NCBI GenBank assembly: GCA_963695095.1
Contig: CAVOFT010000001.1
Coordinates: 2,880,001-2,944,000 of the forward strand
Source of the DNA: an uncultured bacterium
GTDB taxonomy: Bacteria > Krumholzibacteriota > Krumholzibacteriia > JACNKJ01
DNA length: 64,000 nt
Direction: 5' to 3'
Below the pieces are notes generated by a model, which made no database searches, had not been told where the DNA came from, and saw only the letters and a program-made list of their open reading frames with translations. Position numbers and translations under genes: made by a program. Shown in pieces: positions 53,857 through 64,000 of the stretch (positions are counted from its first letter, which is position 1; each line of letters starts with the position of its first letter).

Positions 53857-55686
53857 ATGCGCCTGCCTTCGGTGGATTTCGTACTCAGTGCCGCTGCCGC
53901 CACGGCGCGGCGCTTCCCGCTGGTGCTGGCCGCCGCGCTCGCGAGCGCGGCGGCCGCCGTCTTCCTCATCGGCGCCCGGGACGGCGAGATCCGGCTCATC
54001 CGACTGCTGATGGCCGCCCAGCTCGGCATCCCGCTCCTGCTTGCCCTCGCGCTCACGGCCGAGCGCTGGACGCTGCGCTGGCGGCGCTGGCTGCTGCCGG
54101 CCCTGGGCCTGGCGGCCCTCGTCGCCTACGGCCTCACGCTGCCGGCGCGACTCGAAGGCACGCAGCTGATCCGCTTCGCGCTGTTCAACATTGCGGCGCA
54201 CCTGGCCGTCTGCTTCCTGCCGCTCTGGCGCCTCGCCGGCGAGTACGCCTTCTGGCAGTTCAACAAGGCGCTCTTCCTGCGTCTGCTCGCGGGGCTGATC
54301 TTCTCCCTCGTGCTGATGATCGGCCTCAGCGTGGCCCTGCTCGCCCTGGACAAGCTCTTCGGCCTGAAGGTGGACGGGGACGTCTATCCGCGGCTCTACG
54401 TGATCACGCTGTTTCTCTTCAACACCTGGTATTTCCTGGCCGGCGTGCCCGAGCGCCCCGCCGCGCTCGAGTCCCTGCGCGATCATCCAACCGTGCTGCG
54501 CATCTTCGCGCAGTACATCCTGGCGCCGCTGGTGGCGGTCTACCTCGCCCTGCTCACGGCCTACCTGGTCAAGGTGCTCGCCACCGCCCAGTGGCCGAGC
54601 GGCTGGATCGGCTGGCTGGTCTCGAGCGTCGGCGCGGCGGGCCTGGCCTCGCTGGCCCTGCTGCACCCGCTCAGCCTGGAAGGCCGGCAGCGCTGGGTGG
54701 CCGTCTATGCGCGCGCCTACTTCATCCTGCTCCTGCCGGCCGTCGCCATGCTGCTGATGTCCGTGGCCAAGCGCATCGGCCAGTACGGCGTCACCGAGCC
54801 GCGCTACTTCCTCACCCTGCTCGGCCTGTGGCTGGGCGCCATCGCCCTGCTCGGCGCGCTCGGCCGCCTGAAGAGCCTGCGCCCCCTGCCACTCTCGCTT
54901 TGCCTGCTGGCCCTGGCCGCCAGCGCCGGGCCCTGGGGCGCCTTCAGCGTCAGCCGCCACAGCCAGCTCGACCGCCTGGAGACCCTGCTCAGCGCGGGCG
55001 GCATGCTCGCCGACGGCCATTTCGTCGCGGCCCAGGCGCCGGTGGACGAGGAGACGCGCCGCGAGCTGAGCGCCGTTCTCCACTACCTCTTCGATCGCCA
55101 TGGCCCGCGCGCGCTGGCTCCCTATCTCGACGCCAAGCTCGAGGCCGAGCTGGCTGCCGAACTCAATCCGCGCAATCCCAACCGCCAGGACAGCGCTGCA
55201 CTCGGTCGGCTGGTCATGCGCCGACTGGATCTCGATTACGTGGAGAACTGGCAACGCGAGGGCGACGGCTTCCACTTCTACCAGCGCGGGCCCGGCGGGG
55301 AGGCGCTGCGGCTGGCGGGCTACGAATTCGTCGTCGGCGTCACGCTGGGGCCACACGCGGAGGGCGGCGGCTTCCGGGTCGGAGAGGCCGCCTGGACCCT
55401 GGTCGAGGACGGCCAGCGGCTGCGGCTGCTCCGGGAGGAGGCGGAGCTGCTGGCCTTCGATCTGGCGGCGCTCCAGGCGGCGCTGCGCCAGCAGCCGCGC
55501 GGCGAGGACCTGCCGGCGGCGGCCTTGACCCTGCCCGCCCTTGGCAGCGGCTGGCGGGCGCTGCTCCTGGTGAATCAAATCGGCTGGCAAGAAGGTAAGA
55601 CAGACCTCAGCCAGTTCGATGCCGAGCTCTTCCTCGCCCCGCCCGGGGCGACGGAGGCGGCGACCCCAGCCAATCCGGAGCACTGA
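53857..55686 (+). CDS. Multi-pass membrane protein, DUF4153-like
   Basis: RRFP, FWQFN, LYL..L.AY, KRI.QYG.TE.RY, GPWGA..VS..SQ; GGAGG RBS. Confidence 0.7.
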   Translation: MRLPSVDFVLSAAAATARRFPLVLAAALASAAAAVFLIGARDGEIRLIRLLMAAQLGIPLLLALALTAERWTLRWRRWLLPALGLAALVAYGLTLPARLEGTQLIRFALFNIAAHLAVCFLPLWRLAGEYAFWQFNKALFLRLLAGLIFSLVLMIGLSVALLALDKLFGLKVDGDVYPRLYVITLFLFNTWYFLAGVPERPAALESLRDHPTVLRIFAQYILAPLVAVYLALLTAYLVKVLATAQWPSGWIGWLVSSVGAAGLASLALLHPLSLEGRQRWVAVYARAYFILLLPAVAMLLMSVAKRIGQYGVTEPRYFLTLLGLWLGAIALLGALGRLKSLRPLPLSLCLLALAASAGPWGAFSVSRHSQLDRLETLLSAGGMLADGHFVAAQAPVDEETRRELSAVLHYLFDRHGPRALAPYLDAKLEAELAAELNPRNPNRQDSAALGRLVMRRLDLDYVENWQREGDGFHFYQRGPGGEALRLAGYEFVVGVTLGPHAEGGGFRVGEAAWTLVEDGQRLRLLREEAELLAFDLAALQAALRQQPRGEDLPAAALTLPALGSGWRALLLVNQIGWQEGKTDLSQFDAELFLAPPGATEAATPANPEH

Positions 55687-55688
55687 CC

Positions 55689-55922
55689 ATGGCCATGCGC
55701 TTCGCCCCCTGTCCGAACTGCAACAGCAATCAGCTCTTCCAGAGCGAACCCGTCAGCGCGGGCGGCGGCCATGCCCCCAACTACCTGCCCGGCCTCGGCG
55801 GTTTTCTCACGACTGAGAAATTCCTGCTCGTGCTCTGCCGGGATTGCGGCCTGACGCGCTTCTTCGCCCGCGCCGAGGCCCTGGCGAAGCTGGGCGAGTC
55901 AGGAAAGTGGCGGCGCGTTTAG
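55689..55922 (+). CDS. Small zinc-ribbon protein
   Basis: CPNC...C.DCG.T.FF. Confidence 0.7.
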   Translation: MAMRFAPCPNCNSNQLFQSEPVSAGGGHAPNYLPGLGGFLTTEKFLLVLCRDCGLTRFFARAEALAKLGESGKWRRV

Positions 55923-56020
55923 CCGCCTCGCCACTCGCGGAATTTATCTCTGCGCAGGCTTGCCAGCGGCCCCCGATCGGCTTAAGCTCAGGCGAGGATC
56001 GCAGGACCGGGGAGGTCGGT

Positions 56021-56422
56021 GTGTTTGCCTATCTCATCCATCCCGAGACGCAGCTCGTCGTCGCCCGCTTCGAGGGACGCATCGACGCGGCCGAGTTTCG
56101 GCAGTTCTTCGACTGCCTTGACGGCGATCCCGCCTACCTGCGCACGATGAACGGGCTCGTCGACATCCGCTGGGTGGAGGCCGCCCTTGGTATGGAGGAG
56201 ATCCAGGGGCTCGCCGACTATGCGGTGGCCAAGCAGCTCAAGCGCGGCCGCTGGGCGGTACTCGTCGACCTGCCCAAGCCCACCGCGCTGTCGATGCTCT
56301 ACACCAAGGCCGTGGACTCCCGCTACGACTTCCAGGTCTTCTCCACCGTGCCGGGCGTCTCGGAGTACCTGGGCATCGACGTCAGCGGCTACCTGCAGCC
56401 GACCACCACGCGCGAGGCCTGA
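56021..56422 (+). CDS. Hypothetical protein (possibly STAS/SpoIIAA-like fold)
   Basis: GGAGG RBS, GTG start, typical codon usage; fold is a guess from the alpha/beta pattern. Confidence 0.55.
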   Translation: MFAYLIHPETQLVVARFEGRIDAAEFRQFFDCLDGDPAYLRTMNGLVDIRWVEAALGMEEIQGLADYAVAKQLKRGRWAVLVDLPKPTALSMLYTKAVDSRYDFQVFSTVPGVSEYLGIDVSGYLQPTTTREA

Positions 56423-56463
56423 TCAGGCGGGCGTGGGCGGCCGGACTCGAGGCCCAGGCCAGC

Positions 56464-58815
56464 CTAGATCCGCGCTCCGCGCAAGCGCAGGGCATTGGCG
56501 ATCACCGAGACAGAGCTGAGACTCATCGCGGCGGCGGCGATCATGGGGCTGAGCAGCAGGCCTAAGACCGGATAGAGAGCCCCGGCCGCAATCGGCACCC
56601 CGATCACGTTGTAGATGAACGCGAAGAACAGGTTCTGCTTGATATTCGCCATCGTCAAACGGCTGAGGCGATGCGCGCGCAGGATTCCGATCAGATCGCC
56701 CTTCACCAGAGTGACCGCCGCGCTCTCCATGGCCACGTCCGTTCCCGTGCCCATCGCGATGCCGACTTCGGCCTGGGCCAGAGCCGGGGCGTCGTTGATG
56801 CCGTCGCCCGCCATGGCAACGGTGTGGCCCGCCGCCTGGAGGCGCTTGACCACGTCGACCTTCTGACTCGGCAGCACCTCGGCGACGACTTCGTCGATGC
56901 CGAGCTGTCCCGCCACGGCACGGGCGGTGACGAGGCTGTCCCCGCTGACCATCATGATGCGGATCCCTTCATCGTGCAGCGCCTCAATGGCGGCCGGCGT
57001 ACTCTTCTTGATGGGGTCGGCCACGCCGAGGAGCCCGGCGGCTTTCTCGTCGACCGCAACGAGCATCACGGTCTGTCCCTCGGCGCGCAGGGCTTCCGCC
57101 CGCTCGCTCAGCGGCCCGAACTCCACCCCGAGGTCGCCCATGAGGGCGGCGTTACCCAGCGCGACGGAGCGCCCGTCGACCTTGCCGCTGACGCCCTTGC
57201 CGGTGAGGCTCGCGAAGTCGCTCGCCTCCACAAGAACAAGCTGCCGATCCTCCGCCGCTTGGACCAAGGCGGCGGCCAGGGGGTGCTCGCTGCCGCGTTC
57301 GAGACTGGCCGCCAGGCGCAGCAACTCCGGCTCGGGGAAAGGCGCCACGGGGTGGAGCGTGACAAGGCTCGGCTTGCCCTCGGTGAGCGTGCCCGTCTTG
57401 TCCACCACGAGGGTGTCCACCTTCCTCATGACCTCGATGGCCTCTGCGTTTCGGAAGAGGATGCCCATCGTTGCGCCCTTGCCCGTGGCCACCATGATCG
57501 ACATCGGGGTGGCGAGGCCGAGCGCGCAGGGGCAGGCGATGATCAGCACGGCGACGGCATTGACCAGCGCGTGGGCCATGCGCGGCTCGGGGCCCAGCAG
57601 GCCCCAGATGGCAAAGGTCGCCACGGCGACGGCGATCACGGCCGGCACGAAGTAGCCCGAGACGAGGTCGGCCAGCTTCTGGATGGGTGCTCGACTGCGT
57701 TGCGCCTCGGCCACCATGGCCACGATGCGCGAAAGAAGCGTATCGGCGCCGACCTTCTCCGCGCTCATGATGAGAGACCCGGTGCCATTGATGGTGGCGC
57801 CGACGACCTGATCGCGGGGCCGCTTCTGGACCGGAATCGGTTCTCCGGTGACCATCGACTCGTCGATCGAGCTGGCACCCTCGATGACGACGCCGTCCAC
57901 CGGGACCTTCTCCCCGGGGCGGACGCGAAGGCGATCCCCCACTCGGATGGCCTCGAGGGGGATGTCCTCCTCGCTGCCATCCCCGCGCAGGCGGCGCGCA
58001 CTCTTGGGGGCCAGGCCGAGGAGCTTCTGGATCGCGGCGCCGGCCCGGCTGCGAGCCCTGAGTTCGAGCACCTGACCGAGCAGGATGAGAGTTACGATGA
58101 CGGCAGCGGCCTCGAAGTAGACCCCGACACCGCCGGACGCGTCACGAAAGCTGGGCGGGAAGAGTCCGGGCCGCAGCGCCGCGATCAGGCTATAGAAGTA
58201 GGCTACGCTCACTCCGAGCCCGATGAGGGTGAACATGTTGAGGCTGCGGCGCTTCACGGATTGAAAGGCCCGGACGTAGAAGGGCCATGCGGCCCACAGG
58301 CAGACCGGAGAGGCGAGGAGTAGCTCCAGCAGGACCCGCGCGTTCCCGGGGAGCATAGGCTCGAGGGGACGACCGGGCCAGAGATCGCTCATCGCCACGA
58401 GCACGAGCGGGACTGATAGCGCCGCCGAAACCCAGAACCTGCGAGTCATGTCGTGCAATTCCGGATCCTCACCCGCCGGCTGGCCGGACCTCGGCTCGAG
58501 CGCCATGCCGCAGATGGGACAGCTCCCGGGCCCATCCCGCAGGATCTCCGGATGCATTGGGCAGGTATAGTCACCGGGCGCGCTGGTGGTTGCGAGATCC
58601 TGCCCGCTGGCTCCACCGCGAGTGTAGCGTTCCACATCCGCCAGGAACTTGGCCAGGCACCCCTGACTGCAGAAGCGGTACTCGATGCCGGCGTGGCGCG
58701 CATGATGGAGCGAATCGGCCTTCACCGCCATTCCGCAGACAGGGTCCTTCTCCGTCGCAGGATCATGGAGGGATGACGGCGGCATCTCCAGCCCGTGCTT
58801 CTTCTGACCCGCCAT
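56464..58815 (-). CDS. copA: Cu(I)/Ag(I) P1B-type ATPase with YHS and HMBD domains
   Basis: [60 protein letters not shown]. Confidence 0.95.
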   Translation of the reverse strand: MAGQKKHGLEMPPSSLHDPATEKDPVCGMAVKADSLHHARHAGIEYRFCSQGCLAKFLADVERYTRGGASGQDLATTSAPGDYTCPMHPEILRDGPGSCPICGMALEPRSGQPAGEDPELHDMTRRFWVSAALSVPLVLVAMSDLWPGRPLEPMLPGNARVLLELLLASPVCLWAAWPFYVRAFQSVKRRSLNMFTLIGLGVSVAYFYSLIAALRPGLFPPSFRDASGGVGVYFEAAAVIVTLILLGQVLELRARSRAGAAIQKLLGLAPKSARRLRGDGSEEDIPLEAIRVGDRLRVRPGEKVPVDGVVIEGASSIDESMVTGEPIPVQKRPRDQVVGATINGTGSLIMSAEKVGADTLLSRIVAMVAEAQRSRAPIQKLADLVSGYFVPAVIAVAVATFAIWGLLGPEPRMAHALVNAVAVLIIACPCALGLATPMSIMVATGKGATMGILFRNAEAIEVMRKVDTLVVDKTGTLTEGKPSLVTLHPVAPFPEPELLRLAASLERGSEHPLAAALVQAAEDRQLVLVEASDFASLTGKGVSGKVDGRSVALGNAALMGDLGVEFGPLSERAEALRAEGQTVMLVAVDEKAAGLLGVADPIKKSTPAAIEALHDEGIRIMMVSGDSLVTARAVAGQLGIDEVVAEVLPSQKVDVVKRLQAAGHTVAMAGDGINDAPALAQAEVGIAMGTGTDVAMESAAVTLVKGDLIGILRAHRLSRLTMANIKQNLFFAFIYNVIGVPIAAGALYPVLGLLLSPMIAAAAMSLSSVSVIANALRLRGARI

Positions 58816-58887
58816 GACATTGCCCCCTTTCTTGGGTGTAAGCGATTCCACAGCCCCGTGCAGTAGGCAACGGAGCTGCAGGGCGAC

Positions 58888-59604
58888 TCATTCAGCCTTG
58901 CTCTTGCCCTTCAAGCTGAGGAGGAAGGCGACGACGCCGTCCGCCTCCTCGTCCCACAAATCGAGATCCTTCATGGCAGTACCCGGTACGACGTACTGTG
59001 GGTCGAGGAGCAGCGACCTCATGTATCCGGCTTGTCTCCGCTCGCCGACCTCATCGAGCGCCGGTCCGACCCGTTTCCCCTCTCCGCCCAGCTCATGGCA
59101 GCCCAGGCACTGGTACAGCTGGAAGAGGGCCGCTCCCTCTGCCGCCAGCGACTCCGCCGCCGAGGGCGCCGGCGGCGGCCACCAGGCCGGCGCGAGCGCC
59201 TCGTCGATCTGGCCGGCCAGATAGGCGCTCAGGTCGACGGCCTCGCTGCGCGACACCGCGGCGCGGGGCATGCGCAGATCGGGGAGCAGATCCTCGTCCC
59301 GATAGCGCAGCGGATGCGGATCGAGCAGGTAGTCGGCCATCCAAGCCGGATTGGCGCGACTCCCGGCCACCGAGAGCGGGGGAGGCACATTGATGCCTCG
59401 CCCCGTCCTCGGCTCCGAGTGGCAGCGGATGCAATCGAGCCGCTCGAACAGACGCTCGCCCTTGATCGGATCGCCTGGGACCCCGGGGTTCGCCGTCGCC
59501 GGCTGCATCCGGTCGGTCGTGGCGCCCCAGGGCCCGGCCAGCGCGACCGCGGCGATGGCGAGGAGCGGGACATCCAGCTTGAGGCGGCGGCGGAGGCGGA
59601 TCAT
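58888..59604 (-). CDS. Diheme c-type cytochrome
   Basis: CIRCH and CLGCH, each with a downstream Met. Confidence 0.85.
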   Translation of the reverse strand: MIRLRRRLKLDVPLLAIAAVALAGPWGATTDRMQPATANPGVPGDPIKGERLFERLDCIRCHSEPRTGRGINVPPPLSVAGSRANPAWMADYLLDPHPLRYRDEDLLPDLRMPRAAVSRSEAVDLSAYLAGQIDEALAPAWWPPPAPSAAESLAAEGAALFQLYQCLGCHELGGEGKRVGPALDEVGERRQAGYMRSLLLDPQYVVPGTAMKDLDLWDEEADGVVAFLLSLKGKSKAE

Positions 59605-59606
59605 CG

Positions 59607-60266
59607 CTAGTGCTGGTGCGGCGACTCGCCCGCCTCGTGCCCGTGCCCGCCAGCCATGTGGCCGCTCATCTTCTCCAGCTTCATGCCGCACTTGCTGCAG
59701 CGCCCGGGATCCTCTCCCGTCACGTCCGCATGCATGGGGCACGCGTAGATCGCCTCTTCCCCGAGGGACAGCGCCGACTTGAACTCCACCGGCTTCTCGG
59801 CCAGACCCTCGATCGTGAAGACGGCCTTCACGGCATTCTTGGCGACGCCGCTGAAGTCATGCGCGGCGCTGAAAAAGCCCTGGCTGCGGCCGTGGGCGGG
59901 ATCCGGCTTCACGTAGGTCATGGCGACCGTCATGGGCTTGCCGGCCTTCTCCTGGAGCATCATCGAGGCCTTCATGTGCTCGAGGTTCACGAGAGGGGCT
60001 TGATGGTCGTCGTAGACGTACAGCCGCGCCTCCTTTGGCGTGCACAGCAGCTCGAAGTGGTGCGTGGGAGTCATTGTGACCGAGCCGCCGTGGAGCTGCG
60101 CCATTTCGTGGGAGTGACCCATGGCGGCTTCCTTCGCCGGCTCCTGCCCGGCATGCGGGTGCTCGTCCATGTGCTGCGCGCTGGCGGGCCCAATCGGCCA
60201 GGCGGCGCCTGCCGCGATGACCAGGGTACCCAGCATCGCCCTGCCTAGGATCGTGCTTGGTTTCAT
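59607..60266 (-). CDS. Secreted His/Met-rich metal-binding protein with HMBD
   Basis: Signal, HGG....H.EL, YACPMH...PGRCSKCGM. Confidence 0.8.
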   Translation of the reverse strand: MKPSTILGRAMLGTLVIAAGAAWPIGPASAQHMDEHPHAGQEPAKEAAMGHSHEMAQLHGGSVTMTPTHHFELLCTPKEARLYVYDDHQAPLVNLEHMKASMMLQEKAGKPMTVAMTYVKPDPAHGRSQGFFSAAHDFSGVAKNAVKAVFTIEGLAEKPVEFKSALSLGEEAIYACPMHADVTGEDPGRCSKCGMKLEKMSGHMAGGHGHEAGESPHQH

Positions 60267-60303
60267 AGCTAGCTTCTCCTTCTGATTGACGAGTACGCTG
60301 TGA

Positions 60304-60762
60304 CTAGAATGTCCAGATCTTTCCCCATCCGAACACGACCCAGCCGCCATAGTGGCCAGTCAGACCCACGAGCCCGGCGGCGACATAGTAAAGACCCCGG
60401 TAGACGAGGAGCCGGGCCCGCGTCGGCGCCGGACCCTTGGCCAGGTTTCCGGCCGCCAGCGCGGCCAGCGCAGCCGCCCCGGTGGCAAGCCCGAGCACCC
60501 GATGGATGTGGACCGCTGCCAGGGTTCGTCCCCGAAAGTCCTCCGGGTGGAAGAGCAGGAGACCCGAGAGCAGCGCGGCGAGGGCGGCGCCCGCGCCCAG
60601 GACGAGCAGGGTCAGTGCGAGCTCGGAGCCGACCTTGGCGCCCTGAATGCTCTGCCGCGCTTCGAGGGCGGCCCCGGTCAGTAGAAGCGCGATCGGGAAA
60701 TGCACCAGGGCCGGATGGAAGTGGCCGAGCGCATTCCGGAGGCTGCTCAGGAACTCAGTCAT
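60304..60762 (-). CDS. DUF2231-like membrane protein
   Basis: FHPALVHFPIAL, SG, H...G, TGHYGG..V. Confidence 0.8.
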   Translation of the reverse strand: MTEFLSSLRNALGHFHPALVHFPIALLLTGAALEARQSIQGAKVGSELALTLLVLGAGAALAALLSGLLLFHPEDFRGRTLAAVHIHRVLGLATGAAALAALAAGNLAKGPAPTRARLLVYRGLYYVAAGLVGLTGHYGGWVVFGWGKIWTF

Positions 60763-60796
60763 GACCGCTCCCCGTCCCGGCGCCGGTCCGCGCGCG

Positions 60797-63700
60797 TCAT
60801 TCCGGCAGCCCCCGCAGTTCCGTCCGTCGCTTCCAGAGCTTGTAGATGGCGGGATAGACGAGCAGCTCCAGCAGGAAGGACGTGACCAGGCCACCGAGCA
60901 TGGGCGCGGCGATGCGCTTCATCACGTCCGCGCCCGCCGACGTGGACCACATGATCGGCAACAGCCCCACGAACGCCGCCGCCACCGTCATCATCTTGGG
61001 TCGCGCTCGCTTGACCGCGCCGTGGATGATGGCCTCATCGAGGTCGCGCACGGTCTTCAGGAGGCCGCCGTCCCGGTAGCGATGGTAGGAGAGATCCAGG
61101 AAGAGCATCATGAACACCCCGGTCTCGGCATCGAGCCCCAGAAGCGCAATCATCCCCACCCACGCTGCGATGGAGACGTTGTAGCCGAGGATGTGAAAGA
61201 GCCAGATCGCCCCGATCGCCGAGAACGGCACGGCCAGCAGCACCACGAGCGACTTGAAGATGGAACGCGTGTTCGCATACAGGAGCAGGAAGATGAGGAA
61301 CAGCACGGCCGGCACCACCAACCGCAGCCGCTCCTTGACCCGGATCATGTTCTCGTACTGCCCGCTCCACTGGATCACGTAGCCCGGCGGCAGATTCAAC
61401 TGCTCGCGCACGACCTGCTTGGCCTCGTCGACGTAACGCCCCGACGTCGCGGCCGGCGATGTCGACGTAGACGTAGCCGGCCAGGAAGCCGTTCTCATCG
61501 CGAATCATGGCCGGCCCGTTCACGAGACTCAGGTCGGCCACCTGCCCCAGCGGGACCTGCGCGCCGGTGGGGGTTGCGATGAGCACGCGCCGCAGGCGGT
61601 CGATGTCGTCCCGCAGCTCGCGGGGGTAGCGCACGTTGATCGAGTACCGCTCGCGCCCCTCGATCGAGGTCGACACGTTCTCCCCGCCAATCGCACTCAT
61701 GACCACCATCTGCACGTCGTCGATCCTGAGCCCGTAACGAGCAAGCTGATCGCGGCGCGGCTCGATATCGACGAAGTAGCCCCCGGTCACGCGCTCGGCG
61801 AACACGCTGCGCGTGCCGGGGATATCGCGGACCATGCCCTCGATGCGGGCGCCCAATTCCTCGATCACCTTGAGATCCGAGCCGAAGATCTTGATGCCGA
61901 CTGGCGTGCGCACACCGGTGGTGAGCATGTCGATGCGGGCCTTGATCGGCATCGTCCAGGCGTTGGTGACGCCCGGGATCTGCAACGCCTGATCCATCTC
62001 GGTTACCAGCTCGTCCCATGAGATGTGATCCGACCAGATCGGCCGGACCAGGGGTTTGAGCCAGTCGGGCAGCCAGGACGAGTACCAGCGCTTCTTCGAA
62101 CGCCACTCGTCGGTCGGCTTCAGGACGACCGTGGTCTCCATCATGGAGAGCGGCGCGGGGTCGGTGGAGGTGTCGGCACGCCCTGCCTTGCCGAATACCC
62201 GCTCCACTTCGGGGAAGGACTTGAGCACCCGATCCTGCGTCTCCATGAGATCCTGGGCCTGCGCCACCGAGATGCCGGGCAGCGTGGTCGGCATGTAGAG
62301 AATCGTGCCCTCGTTGAGCGGCGGCATGAACTCCGACCCCAGCCTGAAGTAGGCGGGAATGCTCACTGCCACCAGCAGGAACGCCGCGGCGATCACCGTG
62401 CGCGGGCGGCGCAGCACGAAGCGGCAGGCCGGCTCGTAGACCCGAAAGATCGTGCGGCTGATCGGATGGCGTTCTTCGGCATGGTAGGTGCCGACGAGCG
62501 CCCCGGAGGCCAGCTTGGCCAGGAATCTCGGCTTGAACCGATAGGGATCCATGCGCGTGAACATCATCCGCAGGGCCGGATCCAGCGTGATGGCCAGACA
62601 CCGCGGCCAGCGCCATGGTGAGGTTCTTGGACCAGGCCAGCGGCTTGAACAGCCGGCCTTCCTGATCCACCAGCACGAAGATCGGGATGAACGCGACCGC
62701 AATGACCAGAAGCGAGAAGAAGACAGAGGGGCCGATCTCCTGCAGCGCCTCGAGACGCACCTTGTGATAGTCCCCTTTGCGCCCGCCCGCTTGCCACTCG
62801 TGGAGCTTGTTGTAGGCGTTCTCCACCTCCACGATCGCGCCGTCCACGAGCACGCCGATCGAGATGGCGATGCCGGCGAGCGACATGATGTTGACGGTGA
62901 TGCCGAAGTAGTAGAGCGGGATGAAGGTCAAGAGCACCGAGATCGGGATGGTGAGGATGGGCACGACGGCCGAGGGGATGTGCCAGAGGAAGAGCAGGAT
63001 CACCAGGGACACGATGATCATCTCGATCAGCAGTTCGTGCTTCAGCGTGTGGATGGCATGCTCGATCAGGTCGGCGCGGTCGTAGGTGGTGACCATCTTC
63101 ACTCCCGCCGGCAGCGAGGGCTCGACGTCATGCAGCTTCTGCCTGCACCCGCTCGATCACGTTGAGCGCGTTCTCGCCGTGGCGCATGACCACGATGCCG
63201 CCCACGTGGTCGCCGAGGCCGTCCAGGTCCGACACCCCGCGCCGGATCTCGGGCCCCAGCTCCACGCGGGCCACGTCCCTGATGAGGACGGGCACGCCGT
63301 CGGCGTCCGTCTTGAGGACGATCTGTTCCAGGTCGCCGATCGAGCGCGAGTAGCCGCGCGCCGCGCACCATGTACTCGGTCCCGCCCCATTCGATCAGGC
63401 GGCCGCCCACCTCGTTGTTGGAGGCGCGGATCGCCTCGATCACATCGCCGAGTGGCGATCCCGTAGGCCGCGAGCCGGTTGGGATCCACGGTGACCTGGT
63501 ACTGCTTCTGGAAGCCGCCGATCGAGGCGACCTCGGCCACTCCCGGCACCGACTGCAGCGCGTAGCGCAGCGTCCAGTCCTGGAAGGAGCGCAGCTCGTC
63601 CAGCGAGTGCGTGCCGGCGCTGTCCACCAGCGCGTACTGGAAGACCCAGCCCACGCCGGTGGCATCGGGACCCAGCTCCGTCGCTACCCCCTCGGGCAGC

Positions 63701-64000
63701 CGGGACTGGATCTTGGAGAGGTACTCGAGCACCCGCGAGCGCGCCCAGTAGATGTCGGTGCCGTCCTCGAAGATCACGTACACGTAGGAGAAGCCGAAGT
63801 CGGAGAAGCCGCGAATCGCCTTGACCTTCGGCGCGCCGAGCAGCGCGGTGATGATCGGGTAGGTGACCTGGTCTTCGATGATGTCGGGCGAGCGGTCCCA
63901 GCGCGAGTAGACGATGACCTGCGTGTCGGACAGGTCCGGCAGCGCATCCAGGCGGATCCGCTGCAGCGTGCACGCCGGCGAACACGCAGAGAGCCGCGAA
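60797..64000 (-). CDS. cusA: CusA/CzcA-family heavy-metal RND efflux permease (5'-partial, several frameshifts)
   Basis: [78 protein letters not shown]. Confidence 0.92.

Overview
High-GC bacterial chromosomal window, almost fully coding. Scattered single-base frameshifts, including in gap, gdhA, sodA and cusA, look like long-read consensus errors. Many secreted proteins end in an FlgD-Ig/T9SS-type-A-like C-terminal domain (N/YPNPFNP...SGVY..RL...KxxLLK) or a short 'E..T/S-W-x-x-V/I-K-x-L-Y' tail. This suggests an FCB-affiliated lineage such as Krumholzibacteriota/Latescibacterota, which is an inference. The first half holds modABC, pckA, an M28 peptidase, an ALDH7-like dehydrogenase, a DRG-type GTPase, a two-subunit CoA-transferase, a Cys/Met PLP enzyme, gdhA, a small atypical insert, a receiver/PPDK-N fusion and a GT4/deacetylase cluster. 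The middle holds divergent dtxR-feoA/feoB and metal-uptake operons, rlmI, sodA, a buk-ptb fusion, a fibre protein with a small CTD partner and a C25 gingipain-like protease. The last part holds a tandem lipoprotein array, a tandem gap pair and a copper-resistance block. The best leads are: (1) a GAPDH paralog lacking the catalytic Cys and Arg231, coupled to a canonical gap; (2) the short C-terminal tail shared by unrelated exported proteins and a lipoprotein array; (3) a RAPP-motif leader peptide with an anti-SD before an ATPase-less metal-uptake operon; (4) the fibre plus CTD-adaptor pair; (5) a covarying 3'-UTR hairpin after two CTD genes. No tRNA, rRNA, CRISPR array or transposase was seen.
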